IMG/VR virus record: IMGVR_UViG_3300032229_000533
Location: 32,001-96,000 of that record
Source of the DNA: a virus
Strand: one strand, 5' to 3'
Length of the DNA: 64,000 bases
Part shown: one piece after another, positions 9,820 to 19,190 of the stretch
Numbering within the stretch: the stretch's first letter is position 1
How the letters are laid out: every line of letters starts with the position of its first letter
Notes under the pieces: generated by a model
What the model saw: only the letters and a program-made list of their open reading frames with translations
Told to the model about the DNA's origin: nothing
Database searches by the model: none
Translations under genes and position numbers: made by a program

Positions 9820-12800
9820 TAGTTAAGTTTCGCTTTAGATATAAATACGTTTGCAGGATTTTCATCATTCCACGTTTTATTATTTGTGTTTTGGTTTTCA
9901 ATCCAACCTAAACCTTTTATTAATTTTTGTTGAGCATCCGTGTTTGCGTCAACAGTAGTATAAGTAAACGTTCTTTTCTTTTTAAGATTAAATGGAGTAT
10001 ATTTTAGGAAGTCTTTTAATCTATCCTTTTCCATAGAATCAATAAACGCTTTAGTAATATCATTTTCCTCAACAAATACAGGTTTAGCTGTCTTATCCCA
10101 ATAAGCATCAAAAGCGGTACTGATATCACCTGAACTTTTACTTGTTAATGCAGTATTATTAAGTATATTACCAATTAATGCATTTTTAAATGTTTCATAT
10201 TTTTTACTATCGGTAACATCATTAGAAACAATCATATAAACTCTTCTAAAAATATAACCATTAGTATTACTATCAAATAATGAATTAGTACTAAATGGTG
10301 TGAAAACTTGTTCTGTCGGAAACTTGTAATTTGGTGGGAAAACTAAAGTACCTTTATAAGATTTACTGTTGTATGTAAAAGTATTTGAACTCCATATAAT
10401 ATCGTTAAATTCAGTGATACCACTTTTTATTTTTTTAACATCATTAATAAGCTCAGTCATAGTATTTGTAACACCTTGTGAACTTGGGTCCACCTCTGTT
10501 GTCCCTGATATTATATATGAAATAACTTTTCCGTCTTTTATTTGATATCCATCGGTACCTGTATTTGAATATGCGGGCACATTATATGATATTGTATTTA
10601 CCCTTCCAATGTAACCTATATAACTTTGTTGAACTGATACCATGCTATTTGTTATGTTAGTAACAGCACTTTGGAATGAACTTCTTTTGTTTTTAACAAA
10701 ATTTGAATAATTTTCTTGTACTTGGTTAACAAGACGATTTGAAAAATTGTTAGATTTCTTAAGTTCACTAATAAATCCTTCGTCCCCATTCTTAATGTCT
10801 TTTTCTAACTTAGCAAAAATATCATCGGTTCTTTTTTCTAAATTGTAAGGTTTACCAAATAAAATTGTCTCACTGTCTTTAGTTAATGTAAATTTACCAT
10901 CTTGATAAGTTCTTTCCATCATCCATTGTTGACGAACAGCATTATTATATTGGTTTACAGTTTCCTTATTTTTATTAACAACATTAGTAAAATAGGTTTG
11001 AGTTTCTCCAACCACTTTATCCATAAACTCACTATAATTAATAGTCCCTGTTTGACCACTACTATTAACAACATTACTAGTTACTGTTCCAATTGGTTTG
11101 TCATTACTTTGACCGTTATTAGGAGCTGTCTGATTTATAGTTGGGGGAGCAACGTTCCTTGGAGCTAATTTTAAGAATTGAGCATCAATAACTTTATAAC
11201 TTAAATCGGTAGCATCGGCTCTGTCGTCATATATTTCAGTATTTGCGTAGTAATTGAATGTTAAAGCATTTTGTAATTTATCTACAGATTCTTTTAATCC
11301 GCTACCACCAACAAAATTAAACCCTAATGTAATATTTGCAATCATAGGTTGAACCCCGATACCCTCAGGATTTATATCTAAATTTTCATATTGAATAGAT
11401 AAATTATTCGGAATAATCTTTGTATTGTAAAAATCTCCAACTCTTAAAACTAACACAGGTGGAGCACCAAAAGATGTGTTTGTTGCATCGTTATATACGG
11501 GTGTTGGTGCACCGTCAATAGTTTTAATTGTTGGTATTGTATCGCCAGGTCTCATACACTGTTGTAAAAACGTTAGTCTTGAATTAAGACCTTCTGGTGT
11601 AATTGAGTGGAATGCTGGTTGAAAGAATTTTAATTTGTCTCTAAGGTTATCGTAAACCATAGGGGTTTCCTCTTTAATTGTTTCAAAATAATCACACTCT
11701 GACAATAAAGAACGTAAAATTCTTTTACTTATATTATCTCTATCAACTATTTTTTGTTCAATTACAGGCACTGTTTCTGTTTTTGTAACAACATTTCCTG
11801 TTATAACAGTAGTATCTTTTGGTGTTGCTACTGCTTTAGGTGCCTTTAATGTTGATTGGATATTAGAAATATATGCCCTTCTACACGCCATTGCGTTTGT
11901 TGTGTAGATTTCTTTATTTAACGCTTGACTGTTACCATCGTTATCTCCACAAGAAACACTACTCCCTGGTACAAAAGTTTTAGTTTTTTCGTCAAATTTC
12001 ATTACTTGAGCATTCTCACCACGGCCTTCACCAATTTTAACAATTAAATTTGTTCCAACATATGGTTTCATTCTAGTATCACCTGTAATGAATATTGCCG
12101 CGGAATTAATTCTTTTGGCCGATAAAATATTATTGTAAGCTTGTTTAGCTGCGGGTGAAGTACTACTATCAATTGTAATTGTTACCGTACCTTCTATATT
12201 ACCTTCAGCGTTTTTACTATTTATAAATTCTTTTTCTAACGCAGTAATTAAAGTATCAAGTTTTTGTTTATTAGATATAACAACACTATCAAAAAACGAA
12301 CTTGTTTGACCTGAAGTTGTTGGAGATAATTTTTGATAATTTTCTTTTTTTGAGATATAAGTATCATACAACGGAGTAAACGGTTGGTTAAACTCTAACG
12401 GTCTATCGTTATCAAAATAAAATCCAACATTTTCAAATGTCTTAAGTGTTGATTCAGGTGCTCCACCAGTTCCCGTATCACTAGATAGGTCAGGAGTTGT
12501 TTGGATTGTACTAATTGTATACTCTAATTGTTCTTTAGTTAATTCTTTTGATGAAATCGCCTGTTGTATTTCAAATAAATCATTAGGGGATATTTTATAA
12601 TATTTTTTTGCAAGTTCATATAAATCATACTTTCTACATCCCGCAAAAAATGATTCCAAAATACTATCAACTCTAACTTTATTTGTTTCATTTGCCAACA
12701 CTTTATTAACAATAACATTTAAAACAGACGGATGGTCAACAACTATTTTCCAAGTTAAACTACCACCTCTATTGGTATTTTTATAAGTGTATATTGGTTC

Positions 12801-14843
12801 TGGTCTACCTATAAATTCATTAGCATTCCAATTGGCTGTAACGGTTTCACTAAAAGTTAAACCATAAGGCGGGAACCACATAACCCTACCTCCGTTTGGT
12901 CCTCGTTCACAAACAGGTAAATCCGCAACGGCAAATCCTGGTGTGTTTGAAGTCGCCCACGCTAAATTTTCAAGTGAGAACATATATTTTTTAGCATATG
13001 CATTATTATAAGTTCCAATTAAATTGGTTGAGTCCTGTCCACCCTCTTGTTTGTTTGGTGCGATGTTAAGATTATATGTCTTGTCTAATACTGAATACGA
13101 AAATCTTCTACCTTCGGTTACAATACCATCAGTTTTTTGAAGGTCATTATATTGAAGATATGGTATATCTTTAGCAAATACTCTACAATACTCGGTTCCA
13201 ACTTCTTGTCCAATTGAACCAGTATATCTAATAACCCTTGAACCTTTAGTTAATTCTTTATAACCATCATGAAACACTTTACTAACTTGGTCAATCGCAT
13301 TACCAACGTGTTGTAATCTTTTACCCCCTTGTGGTTGACTATCAATAATTCTTTGAGTGTCATCAAGGATTGAACCTTGTTTAAATTTTCTTTCGGTTGA
13401 CTCGGTTGAATTGTATGATGAAGGTTTAAAGTCTTCGTCTTGGTTTAATATAACCCCACCAACACCTACTTTTTTACCCGCATTTCCTTTGTATTTTGGA
13501 GACACCCAAGTGAATCCACCTTCAACACCACCACCATTACTATATGTTGGACCATTAGCACCTAATCGAACATCCTTACTTGGACCTTCATATAATTGAG
13601 CCAATTCTTGTGGACCAAAAACAGGTGATTGCTGTTCATTACCAAAAGCATCTACGGGTAACGCTCTACTTGGTGAGAATACTCTTGATGGGTCTGATGT
13701 TGTTGAACCAATATAAAAGTTAGCGTTGTTTGTTTCGGTACCTACAATAGCCCCGCCCAATCTGTCAAGTAATGTTCTGTCGTAATTTGGTTTGTACCTA
13801 TTGTAGTTAATGTTTTTCCACAATATAGATTTTTGACCCGCACCTGTATTATTATAGAATATTTGTGAGCCAGTCTTACCAGCCCCTAATAAATTACTAA
13901 CAAAGTTACCTACGGCAGCAAGTGGATTCCCCAACAAAGCCTGTCCGATTGTTGTTGGCTGACCTGGATTAATATTTGGGTCAAAGTATGAGCCAGGTAT
14001 TAATGAAAACGGTAAAAGACTACCACCTAATCTAAGCCCAAAATCCGCAGCCGCACTTATAGGGTTAGCAGGGACTGTAATCTGATAATTAGGTTCAATT
14101 AACGGAACTCTACCTGTTAAAATATTAACAAGATTGGTACTACTATTAACATTTAAAAAGTTAGCACGACCAACCGTTTCTCTAATAATCGCTCTACCAA
14201 TTCTTTCTTCAAATTCTCTTTTAAGTGTTTTTGCACCTAAACGAGCAATAAATGAATCTTGACTTAATAGTCCATTACTACCTGTTGGGTCAGGGCTTAA
14301 TAAAATTGATAGTGGACGATATGAAGAAGGATTAAAAGTTGTTGGATACGGTTGATTATTATATAACTGTCTTACACCACCAGGAAGTGTGCTTGATATT
14401 GTGTCTGGCGTTGTAATATAAACACCAGCATCATATTGTTCTAAACCTCCATTACCAAACGCATTAACGGCCAAATACGGTACAGTAATACCGTTAAAAC
14501 CTGTTTGTGCCGCAATCTTAGCTTGGTCAATAATATGAGCGTCTTGTTGACCAGGACCATATTCACCTTTATTTGATACAGTATTTAAGTTTCCACTGAT
14601 ATCAGGTACTAGTTTGTAACCTCCGTCATTACCCCACTTATTAAGTGGATATTGTTTATCCGCAAAAAAAGTTGTATCAATAAGACCGTCAGGACTATCA
14701 ATTACAGATAAGTCTGATTGAATTATTTCGTAAGTTGTTGGGGGCGTAACTTTAGTAGGGGACTTAGCATAAGGTACTAAATTCCTTGTTATAAGTTTTT
14801 TTCTAAACCCTTCTGTGCTTATATAATCTAATGGACTACCCAT
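9819..14843 (-). CDS. Large baseplate/tube-initiator protein with an inserted OmpA-like domain
   Basis: 1674 aa. Tube-initiator-like segments FPPYGLTFSETVTANW...GRPEPIYTY and PPVLVLRVGDFY...MIANITLGF flank an OmpA_C-like segment FYFDND...YNNILSAKRINS...RRAYI. Confidence 0.6.
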   Translation of the reverse strand: MGSPLDYISTEGFRKKLITRNLVPYAKSPTKVTPPTTYEIIQSDLSVIDSPDGLIDTTFFADKQYPLNKWGNDGGYKLVPDISGNLNTVSNKGEYGPGQQDAHIIDQAKIAAQTGFNGITVPYLAVNAFGNGGLEQYDAGVYITTPDTISSTLPGGVRQLYNNQPYPTTFNPSSYRPLSILLSPDPTGSNGLLSQDSFIARLGAKTLKREFEERIGRAIIRETVGRANFLNVNSSTNLVNILTGRVPLIEPNYQITVPANPISAAADFGLRLGGSLLPFSLIPGSYFDPNINPGQPTTIGQALLGNPLAAVGNFVSNLLGAGKTGSQIFYNNTGAGQKSILWKNINYNRYKPNYDRTLLDRLGGAIVGTETNNANFYIGSTTSDPSRVFSPSRALPVDAFGNEQQSPVFGPQELAQLYEGPSKDVRLGANGPTYSNGGGVEGGFTWVSPKYKGNAGKKVGVGGVILNQDEDFKPSSYNSTESTERKFKQGSILDDTQRIIDSQPQGGKRLQHVGNAIDQVSKVFHDGYKELTKGSRVIRYTGSIGQEVGTEYCRVFAKDIPYLQYNDLQKTDGIVTEGRRFSYSVLDKTYNLNIAPNKQEGGQDSTNLIGTYNNAYAKKYMFSLENLAWATSNTPGFAVADLPVCERGPNGGRVMWFPPYGLTFSETVTANWNANEFIGRPEPIYTYKNTNRGGSLTWKIVVDHPSVLNVIVNKVLANETNKVRVDSILESFFAGCRKYDLYELAKKYYKISPNDLFEIQQAISSKELTKEQLEYTISTIQTTPDLSSDTGTGGAPESTLKTFENVGFYFDNDRPLEFNQPFTPLYDTYISKKENYQKLSPTTSGQTSSFFDSVVISNKQKLDTLITALEKEFINSKNAEGNIEGTVTITIDSSTSPAAKQAYNNILSAKRINSAAIFITGDTRMKPYVGTNLIVKIGEGRGENAQVMKFDEKTKTFVPGSSVSCGDNDGNSQALNKEIYTTNAMACRRAYISNIQSTLKAPKAVATPKDTTVITGNVVTKTETVPVIEQKIVDRDNISKRILRSLLSECDYFETIKEETPMVYDNLRDKLKFFQPAFHSITPEGLNSRLTFLQQCMRPGDTIPTIKTIDGAPTPVYNDATNTSFGAPPVLVLRVGDFYNTKIIPNNLSIQYENLDINPEGIGVQPMIANITLGFNFVGGSGLKESVDKLQNALTFNYYANTEIYDDRADATDLSYKVIDAQFLKLAPRNVAPPTINQTAPNNGQSNDKPIGTVTSNVVNSSGQTGTINYSEFMDKVVGETQTYFTNVVNKNKETVNQYNNAVRQQWMMERTYQDGKFTLTKDSETILFGKPYNLEKRTDDIFAKLEKDIKNGDEGFISELKKSNNFSNRLVNQVQENYSNFVKNKRSSFQSAVTNITNSMVSVQQSYIGYIGRVNTISYNVPAYSNTGTDGYQIKDGKVISYIISGTTEVDPSSQGVTNTMTELINDVKKIKSGITEFNDIIWSSNTFTYNSKSYKGTLVFPPNYKFPTEQVFTPFSTNSLFDSNTNGYIFRRVYMIVSNDVTDSKKYETFKNALIGNILNNTALTSKSSGDISTAFDAYWDKTAKPVFVEENDITKAFIDSMEKDRLKDFLKYTPFNLKKKRTFTYTTVDANTDAQQKLIKGLGWIENQNTNNKTWNDENPANVFISKAKLN

Positions 14844-14891
14844 TTATACTTTTATTAATAAATAGGTTGATGGTGTTTTTTTGTTAGACAT

Positions 14892-16730
14892 TTATCTTCT
14901 TTCTAACTCTTTTGCTTTTTGATTATAGTATTCGTAAATTTTTCTTTTGAATTCATCTGATTCAAAAAATGTTTTAAATTGTTGTTCACTTACACCCGCA
15001 GGTGCGTCAACTTTAATTGTAATAGTACCACCAAAATCGACTTGCGAATTAACATTAGTTGTTTTAGTTTTTGTTTCTTTTGGTGTTGGAGTACTACCTC
15101 TACCAAAAACAGAACTTCTAGACAACGGTTCTGATTTTTGAGTACCTGAAATTGCAGATGTTTTACTTGTGGTTTCTGGAGTTCTTCCAACACCTGTTAA
15201 TATTTCTGATGTGTATTTTTTAAATTCTTTTTCAATTGCACTACTACCAGTAATTTTTTTATTACTTTCTTCTAAAATATCTTTTAAAGCCTCCATACCT
15301 TTTTCTCCATACGAATTTGCTTTACTTTTAATCTCGTCTTGAATTTTTTCTATTTTAGTTGCAAAGTCCGCGCTACTAATCTTACCAGTGTCTTTTTGAG
15401 TAAAAAGTTCCGCCATTTTACCCACAGCACTGTTAACACTTTTTGTTATTTCAGCACTTTCAGGTACGTTTTTATCAACAGCACCAGTAACCGCTCTGGT
15501 TATTCTATCAGCACCTAATATGTTACCTCTAACTACCGTAGAACCAGCAATACCAAAAGCCCCCTTAGCAAGATTAGAATCAAGAGATGCTTGTATATTT
15601 TTCAAAACATCTAATTGACTTATTTGTATTTCTTCTAAAGTTTTTGGGGCTTCTTCTTGTTGTTTCCTTAATTTTTCCATCTCTTCTTGGGTAATATCAC
15701 CTAATCTTTTTTGTTCAACATTACCTTTATCATCTTTAATTTGTACGACATACTCACCATCTTTCATTGTTGCCATATTAGCCAAAAACTGCTTATCTTC
15801 TTCGTTTTTAAAATTTAAAGATGGGCTAATAGCTGAGAGTCTTTTATCTAAATCGGCGGCCGCTAATGCGGTTTTTGCAAGGTCTTTTGAACTAATACCT
15901 GTCACTTGTTGCATTTCTTTTAACATTAAGATACCTTGTGGGTTTATCTTAAATGATTTTGTTTTTTCGTCAAATTCAGTATATTGTTTAGTTGCCTTTA
16001 TTATACTATCTTGTAAAGCACCTGGGTCATTAATTGAATCGTTCATTAACGCAAATGGGTCAACCAAGTTACCAATATTAACACCTAATCTTTGAAAACC
16101 CGCTGCCGCCTCAATAGCCTTTTCGGGACTCATTACATCATCCGCAAATCTGGCTGTATTTTGCATGTCAAACCTCAACATAGATGCTTGAGCAGCCATT
16201 TTGGTTAATCCAACTACCCCCTCACTGAAGTTGAATCTATTCATCAACTCCATGTTATCCGCAACATCTTTTACAACTGTTTTTGCATTAAGACCGACAC
16301 TTTGAACATATTCTATTGAATTTTCTAAATTTGGTCCAATTTGAGAAGTTTCATATCCAACGCTAGCAAACGCCTCAACTAAACTGCTCGCCTCCTTTCC
16401 AAGAATGGTTGACGCAGCATATAACTTACTAACTTGTTCTTCTGTTGCAATAACATTTCTTCTAGACCCCTCGGCAATTCCAATCATTGTTCGACTAACA
16501 TCAGAAATGTCACCACCTAAACGAATTACACCAGCAGCGGCTCTTGAAACCGCGTCATTCATTTCATCTAGTCTAGTTCTACCTTGTAGGAAAGCATTGT
16601 TTAACTTGTCCGCTTCATCGTACATGTTACCAATTGCATCTAATATTTGTTCAATAGGTGCTCCTAACTTTTCAAAACTTTTTTGAAGGTCTTCAATTTT
16701 TCCTTTATCGTCTGGATTATTACTCGCCAT
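14892..16730 (-). CDS. Tape measure protein
   Basis: 612 aa, helical and rich in Ala/Gln/Lys. It lies downstream of tube and chaperone and upstream of baseplate genes, and its size is similar to T4 gp29. Confidence 0.65.
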   Translation of the reverse strand: MASNNPDDKGKIEDLQKSFEKLGAPIEQILDAIGNMYDEADKLNNAFLQGRTRLDEMNDAVSRAAAGVIRLGGDISDVSRTMIGIAEGSRRNVIATEEQVSKLYAASTILGKEASSLVEAFASVGYETSQIGPNLENSIEYVQSVGLNAKTVVKDVADNMELMNRFNFSEGVVGLTKMAAQASMLRFDMQNTARFADDVMSPEKAIEAAAGFQRLGVNIGNLVDPFALMNDSINDPGALQDSIIKATKQYTEFDEKTKSFKINPQGILMLKEMQQVTGISSKDLAKTALAAADLDKRLSAISPSLNFKNEEDKQFLANMATMKDGEYVVQIKDDKGNVEQKRLGDITQEEMEKLRKQQEEAPKTLEEIQISQLDVLKNIQASLDSNLAKGAFGIAGSTVVRGNILGADRITRAVTGAVDKNVPESAEITKSVNSAVGKMAELFTQKDTGKISSADFATKIEKIQDEIKSKANSYGEKGMEALKDILEESNKKITGSSAIEKEFKKYTSEILTGVGRTPETTSKTSAISGTQKSEPLSRSSVFGRGSTPTPKETKTKTTNVNSQVDFGGTITIKVDAPAGVSEQQFKTFFESDEFKRKIYEYYNQKAKELERR

Positions 16731-16759
16731 AATTTACAATTAGTTTTATATATAAATAG

Positions 16760-16786
16760 AAGAAGGACTAAAATTTAGTCCTTCTT
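16760..16786 (-). terminator. Hairpin/terminator between chaperone extension and tape measure
   Basis: Perfect inverted repeat AAGAAGGACTA-n5-TAGTCCTTCTT. On the minus strand it is followed by CTATTTAT, the late motif at 16752..16758. Confidence 0.65.
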
Positions 16787-16930
16787 ATTTTCCTCAATCC
16801 ATTTATCCAACAAATATTTTCTAACAAATATTGGCATTTGAATAAAATCTTGATATGTTATTTTCATTAAATTGTTCAGATAATAAAATTCATCTATCTG
16901 ACTTTTTCTATAATCAGAAGAAAGGGCGAA
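16775..16930 (-). CDS. Unannotated +1-frame extension of the tail chaperone (gp51-like / gpT-like), 51 aa
   Basis: FALSSDYRKSQIDEFYYLNNLMKITYQDFIQMPIFVRKYLLDKWIEENKKD*. It overlaps the upstream stop and begins at a TTTTTTC run. The M-P-x-x-x-R-x-Y/F motif is typical of chaperone C-terminal extensions. Confidence 0.7.
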   Translation of the reverse strand, partial: FALSSDYRKSQIDEFYYLNNLMKITYQDFIQMPIFVRKYLLDKWIEENKKD

Positions 16931-17657
16931 AAAATTCGACCCCAAACCCAACATTCACTGTTAGCTTTTCTCCTGACGGGGCCATAATTGTTTTAGTCAT
17001 ATCCAATCTTGGTTCATTTTCATTCATGAAACTTCTAATAAATTTTGAATCCGCGATTGGCATTGATTCAACAAATTTTGCAATAACCGCTTTATCGGTT
17101 GAACCGTCAACCTCAATAATTTCTTTTTGCATTCTCCAAGTAATTTTTGGAACAACTCTTCCTTGGGGGTATGTATCAGCCATTTTACTAATCTCCAAAA
17201 TTTCACCATAAGTTAATGGTTTAAGTTTGATTGTTGATTGTGTCTTTGGTAAATTAATAATAAAACTTCCATCTTCATTTGGTTGTTGACCATTAATAAT
17301 TGATAATTGGTCTAACATAACATTTGTTTGGAACTGTTTTTTAGTTCCAGGGTCAGTAAGGTTTAACGTCATTTCAGGTCCAAATCCTGTGTTTCTTAAG
17401 AAAATTAAGATAGCTTCAACATCTCCTTCAATAAGGTCTTCAACCCTCATATCTGGTTCATATATTTTTGCTCTTAACAAATTAAGTGTTAAATCACTTC
17501 CACCTGCCATTATAATATTTTCATCCGCGGCAGTTAAATAACCAACCTTAATTGATTTTTTTCTGTTTTTGTAAAAAATACCTTGGGATGGTAATGGTAC
17601 CACATCGTGTGGTAATGTAAAATTTTGTTGACCGTAGTCGATTGTTTGATTGTCCAT
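16914..17657 (-). CDS. Tail assembly chaperone / baseplate hub assembly protein (T4 gp26-like)
   Basis: 247 aa with VVPLPSQGIFY, VGYLTAADENII, DLIEGDVEAILIFLRNTGFG and a C-terminal FFRPFF. It lies between tube and tape measure. Confidence 0.75.
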   Translation of the reverse strand: MDNQTIDYGQQNFTLPHDVVPLPSQGIFYKNRKKSIKVGYLTAADENIIMAGGSDLTLNLLRAKIYEPDMRVEDLIEGDVEAILIFLRNTGFGPEMTLNLTDPGTKKQFQTNVMLDQLSIINGQQPNEDGSFIINLPKTQSTIKLKPLTYGEILEISKMADTYPQGRVVPKITWRMQKEIIEVDGSTDKAVIAKFVESMPIADSKFIRSFMNENEPRLDMTKTIMAPSGEKLTVNVGFGVEFFRPFF

Positions 17658-17659
17658 AT

Positions 17660-17697
17660 AAAAAAATTAACCGTAAAGTTTATTGCTCTACGGTTAA
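17660..17697 (-). terminator. Rho-independent terminator after the tail tube gene
   Basis: Minus strand TTAACCGTAGAG-CAATAAA-CTTTACGGTTAA (12-bp stem, one G-U) followed by TTTTTTT. Confidence 0.8.
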
Positions 17698-17729
17698 ATA
17701 TAATTAGATTTAAAAATTCGTAAATAGTA

Positions 17730-18218
17730 TTAGTAAACTAACACACATCTGTCCATTCTTAATGTTGCAGATATTGTTGCTAGTCCATCAGTATTGTAAG
17801 CCAATGAATCAAAGTTAACGTCTGTTAAGAATGTTCCATAAAGAATCCATTTCTCAACAACAACTCCTGTTGGGTCCAACATTTCAAGGTCAATGTCTTT
17901 TTTGTAACCCGCAGCATAACCCATACGACCTGTCACTGATTCAGCGTGTAAACGAACCCACTCCATAAGAGCCTGAGCCGCTGAAGGTCCAATAGGGTCA
18001 CGGAATTTAACTGGAATTGTTTGCCAGTTGAATCTACCTGCAACATATGTTGAGGTGTTTAAGAATGGTATTTCCGTTGCAGCAATTGTGATGTGTGGTC
18101 TAGCCGTTGACTCAACAAACCATTCGTTTATACCCAAACTTGATGGAAACCTTAGGATAAAACGATTTTGACGTTTAGGTTCGTAAGGTATCGGCATTTT
18201 CATTAATAAATCAGCCAT
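17730..18218 (-). CDS. gp19: Tail tube protein (T4 gp19-like)
   Basis: 162 aa with YEPKRQNRFILRF, YVAGRFNWQTIPVKFRDPI, YKKDIDLEMLDPTGVVVEKWILYGTF and ATLRMD. Confidence 0.9.
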   Translation of the reverse strand: MADLLMKMPIPYEPKRQNRFILRFPSSLGINEWFVESTARPHITIAATEIPFLNTSTYVAGRFNWQTIPVKFRDPIGPSAAQALMEWVRLHAESVTGRMGYAAGYKKDIDLEMLDPTGVVVEKWILYGTFLTDVNFDSLAYNTDGLATISATLRMDRCVLVY

Positions 18219-18317
18219 GTTATTTTAATTTTTTTTAGTTTCTTTTTTGTTTATAACTATAAATATAGTCTTGTTAAAAAATTTTTCTCTTTACTTTTAA
18301 TTTGGTGAGATTATTCT

Positions 18318-19145
18318 TTATTTATATTCCTTTTTAATGCCTCCAGCAGTAGAATAAGTCTTAACTATATTATCTGGTTTATCTTTAAAATGTTTACTCA
18401 TTACTTCTACATTTCTTATATCATCGTCTGAAAATCCTATACTAGGTTCCATTGGTATAAAGTTATTAGATATATCGTTTTTGATATATGCCTTTTTATT
18501 AAGTATACCTGCCATTCCTTTTATATAAGAAACAAAATCTTCCATTGCTCTAACTTTTAGTTCTTCAGGGTTGGCAGCACTTCCTTCACCAAAAGTAACT
18601 GGATGATATTTGTTAAGTTCTAAATATGATTTAATTAAATCGTCATCACTCATGTCTTCCTCGTCTACAAACGTCCTGTATTTTTTAAGGTTCTTAACTA
18701 GTTGGTCTTTATCTATACCATTATACCCACTAACAATATAATTGTAAACCGCTTGTTTTAATGTATTAGGGTTGTGACCTCTTGCAGTAATGATTGAAAA
18801 AATTGAACCGTTGTTAATAGCTTCTCTAAAATCTCCAAATGCAGGACCTTCTTTAGCCCTCATTGCATCAATTAAAAAATCTTTATCTCCTGCGGTTTTA
18901 AAGTTTCTAAAAGGTTCTTCCGCAAAACCAACAATGGTTTCACCTTTATATTGAAAAGGTTTTTTACCCAAATCATGTCTGTGTTCAGCAAAGTCATCAG
19001 TACTCATACCAATTTCTTCACCATCTTCACTCTTTACCATAATTTTTGTTGGCATATGAACAATATTGTCATCCCAATCAAAAGCATAGTATTTCATGTC
19101 TGGAGTTCCCTCTCCTTTAAATCCTTCTTTAAGTTGTCTTTTCAT
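18318..19145 (-). CDS. HAD-superfamily phosphatase-like protein
   Basis: 275 aa with motif I AFDWDDNI, motif II IITARGH and motif IV IGFSDDD. Confidence 0.65.
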   Translation of the reverse strand: MKRQLKEGFKGEGTPDMKYYAFDWDDNIVHMPTKIMVKSEDGEEIGMSTDDFAEHRHDLGKKPFQYKGETIVGFAEEPFRNFKTAGDKDFLIDAMRAKEGPAFGDFREAINNGSIFSIITARGHNPNTLKQAVYNYIVSGYNGIDKDQLVKNLKKYRTFVDEEDMSDDDLIKSYLELNKYHPVTFGEGSAANPEELKVRAMEDFVSYIKGMAGILNKKAYIKNDISNNFIPMEPSIGFSDDDIRNVEVMSKHFKDKPDNIVKTYSTAGGIKKEYK

Positions 19146-19160
19146 ACTTTGGCAATTAAA

Positions 19161-19180
19161 GGGGATACCGAAGTACCCCC
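19161..19180 (-). terminator. Terminator with cUUCGg tetraloop after the sheath gene
   Basis: Minus strand GGGGGTAC-TTCG-GTATCCCC followed by TTTAATT. Confidence 0.8.
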
Positions 19181-19190
19181 GTTAAATTTA

